From an uncultured bacterium (GTDB lineage: Bacteria; AUK180): a stretch of DNA of 46,580 nucleotides. Under the pieces are notes generated by a model. The model was not told the origin of the DNA. It ran no database searches and worked only from the letters and a program-made list of their open reading frames with translations. The stretch spans positions 1-46,580 of the forward strand of contig CALMGJ010000017.1 in assembly GCA_937863565.1 (NCBI GenBank), given 5' to 3'. This document shows positions 46,477-46,580 of this stretch, in pieces (position 1 is the stretch's first letter; each line of letters begins with the position of its first letter). Position numbers and translations under genes: made by a program.

Positions 46477-46580
46477 ATTGAATGAAGTGGAGAATACTCA
46501 ATTCGACACCACAGCTATTATAAGTATTGAATGAAGTGGAGAATACTCAATTCGACACCACAGCTATTATAAGTATTGAA
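46477..46580. repeat. Perfect 49-bp tandem repeat (2 copies plus a partial third) running off the window end
   Basis: ATTGAATGAAGTGGAGAATACTCAATTCGACACCACAGCTATTATAAGT at 46477 and 46526; ATTGAA begins again at 46575. Confidence 0.9.

Noticed and set aside
46477-46580. Possible CRISPR array (ATTGAA motif resembles CRISPR repeat ends)
   Set aside because: Units are identical over all 49 bp with no unique spacers, and no cas genes are in the window.

Overview
Bacterial chromosomal window from a diderm, LPS-making organism (kdsA, kdsB and heptose genes), standard genetic code, about 34 CDS. Housekeeping genes include a UvrD/PcrA helicase, mnmG, era, galT, rfaE1/rfaE2, kdsB, kdsA, a phosphohexomutase, spoVG-like, RidA-family, lpdA, gltX and YitT. 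Three uncharacterised envelope modules stand out. (1) A ~2266-aa modular S8 protease with a T9SS/FlgD-Ig-type C-terminal domain, paired with a PorV/PorQ-family beta-barrel and preceded by a sigma54-like promoter. (2) A self-contained four-gene DUF6754-type membrane operon with a perfect sigma70 promoter and its own terminator, divergent from a CsgG-like lipoprotein. (3) A 2137-aa propeller-TPR protein with a degenerate CHAT-like end, coupled to a DUF5989/SxtJ/carbamoyltransferase cassette. Three intergenic regions (about 4.9-5.0, 15.3-15.7 and 22.6-22.95 kb) contain strand-biased 7-bp repeats, and the latter two also carry REP/dRS3-like palindrome dimers; the 22.8 kb dimer is enclosed by a perfect 30-bp inverted repeat. 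Two genes look leaderless. The window ends in a perfect 49-bp tandem repeat. No rRNA, tRNA, CRISPR array or transposase was recognised. Family assignments come from motifs recognised by eye, not from database searches.
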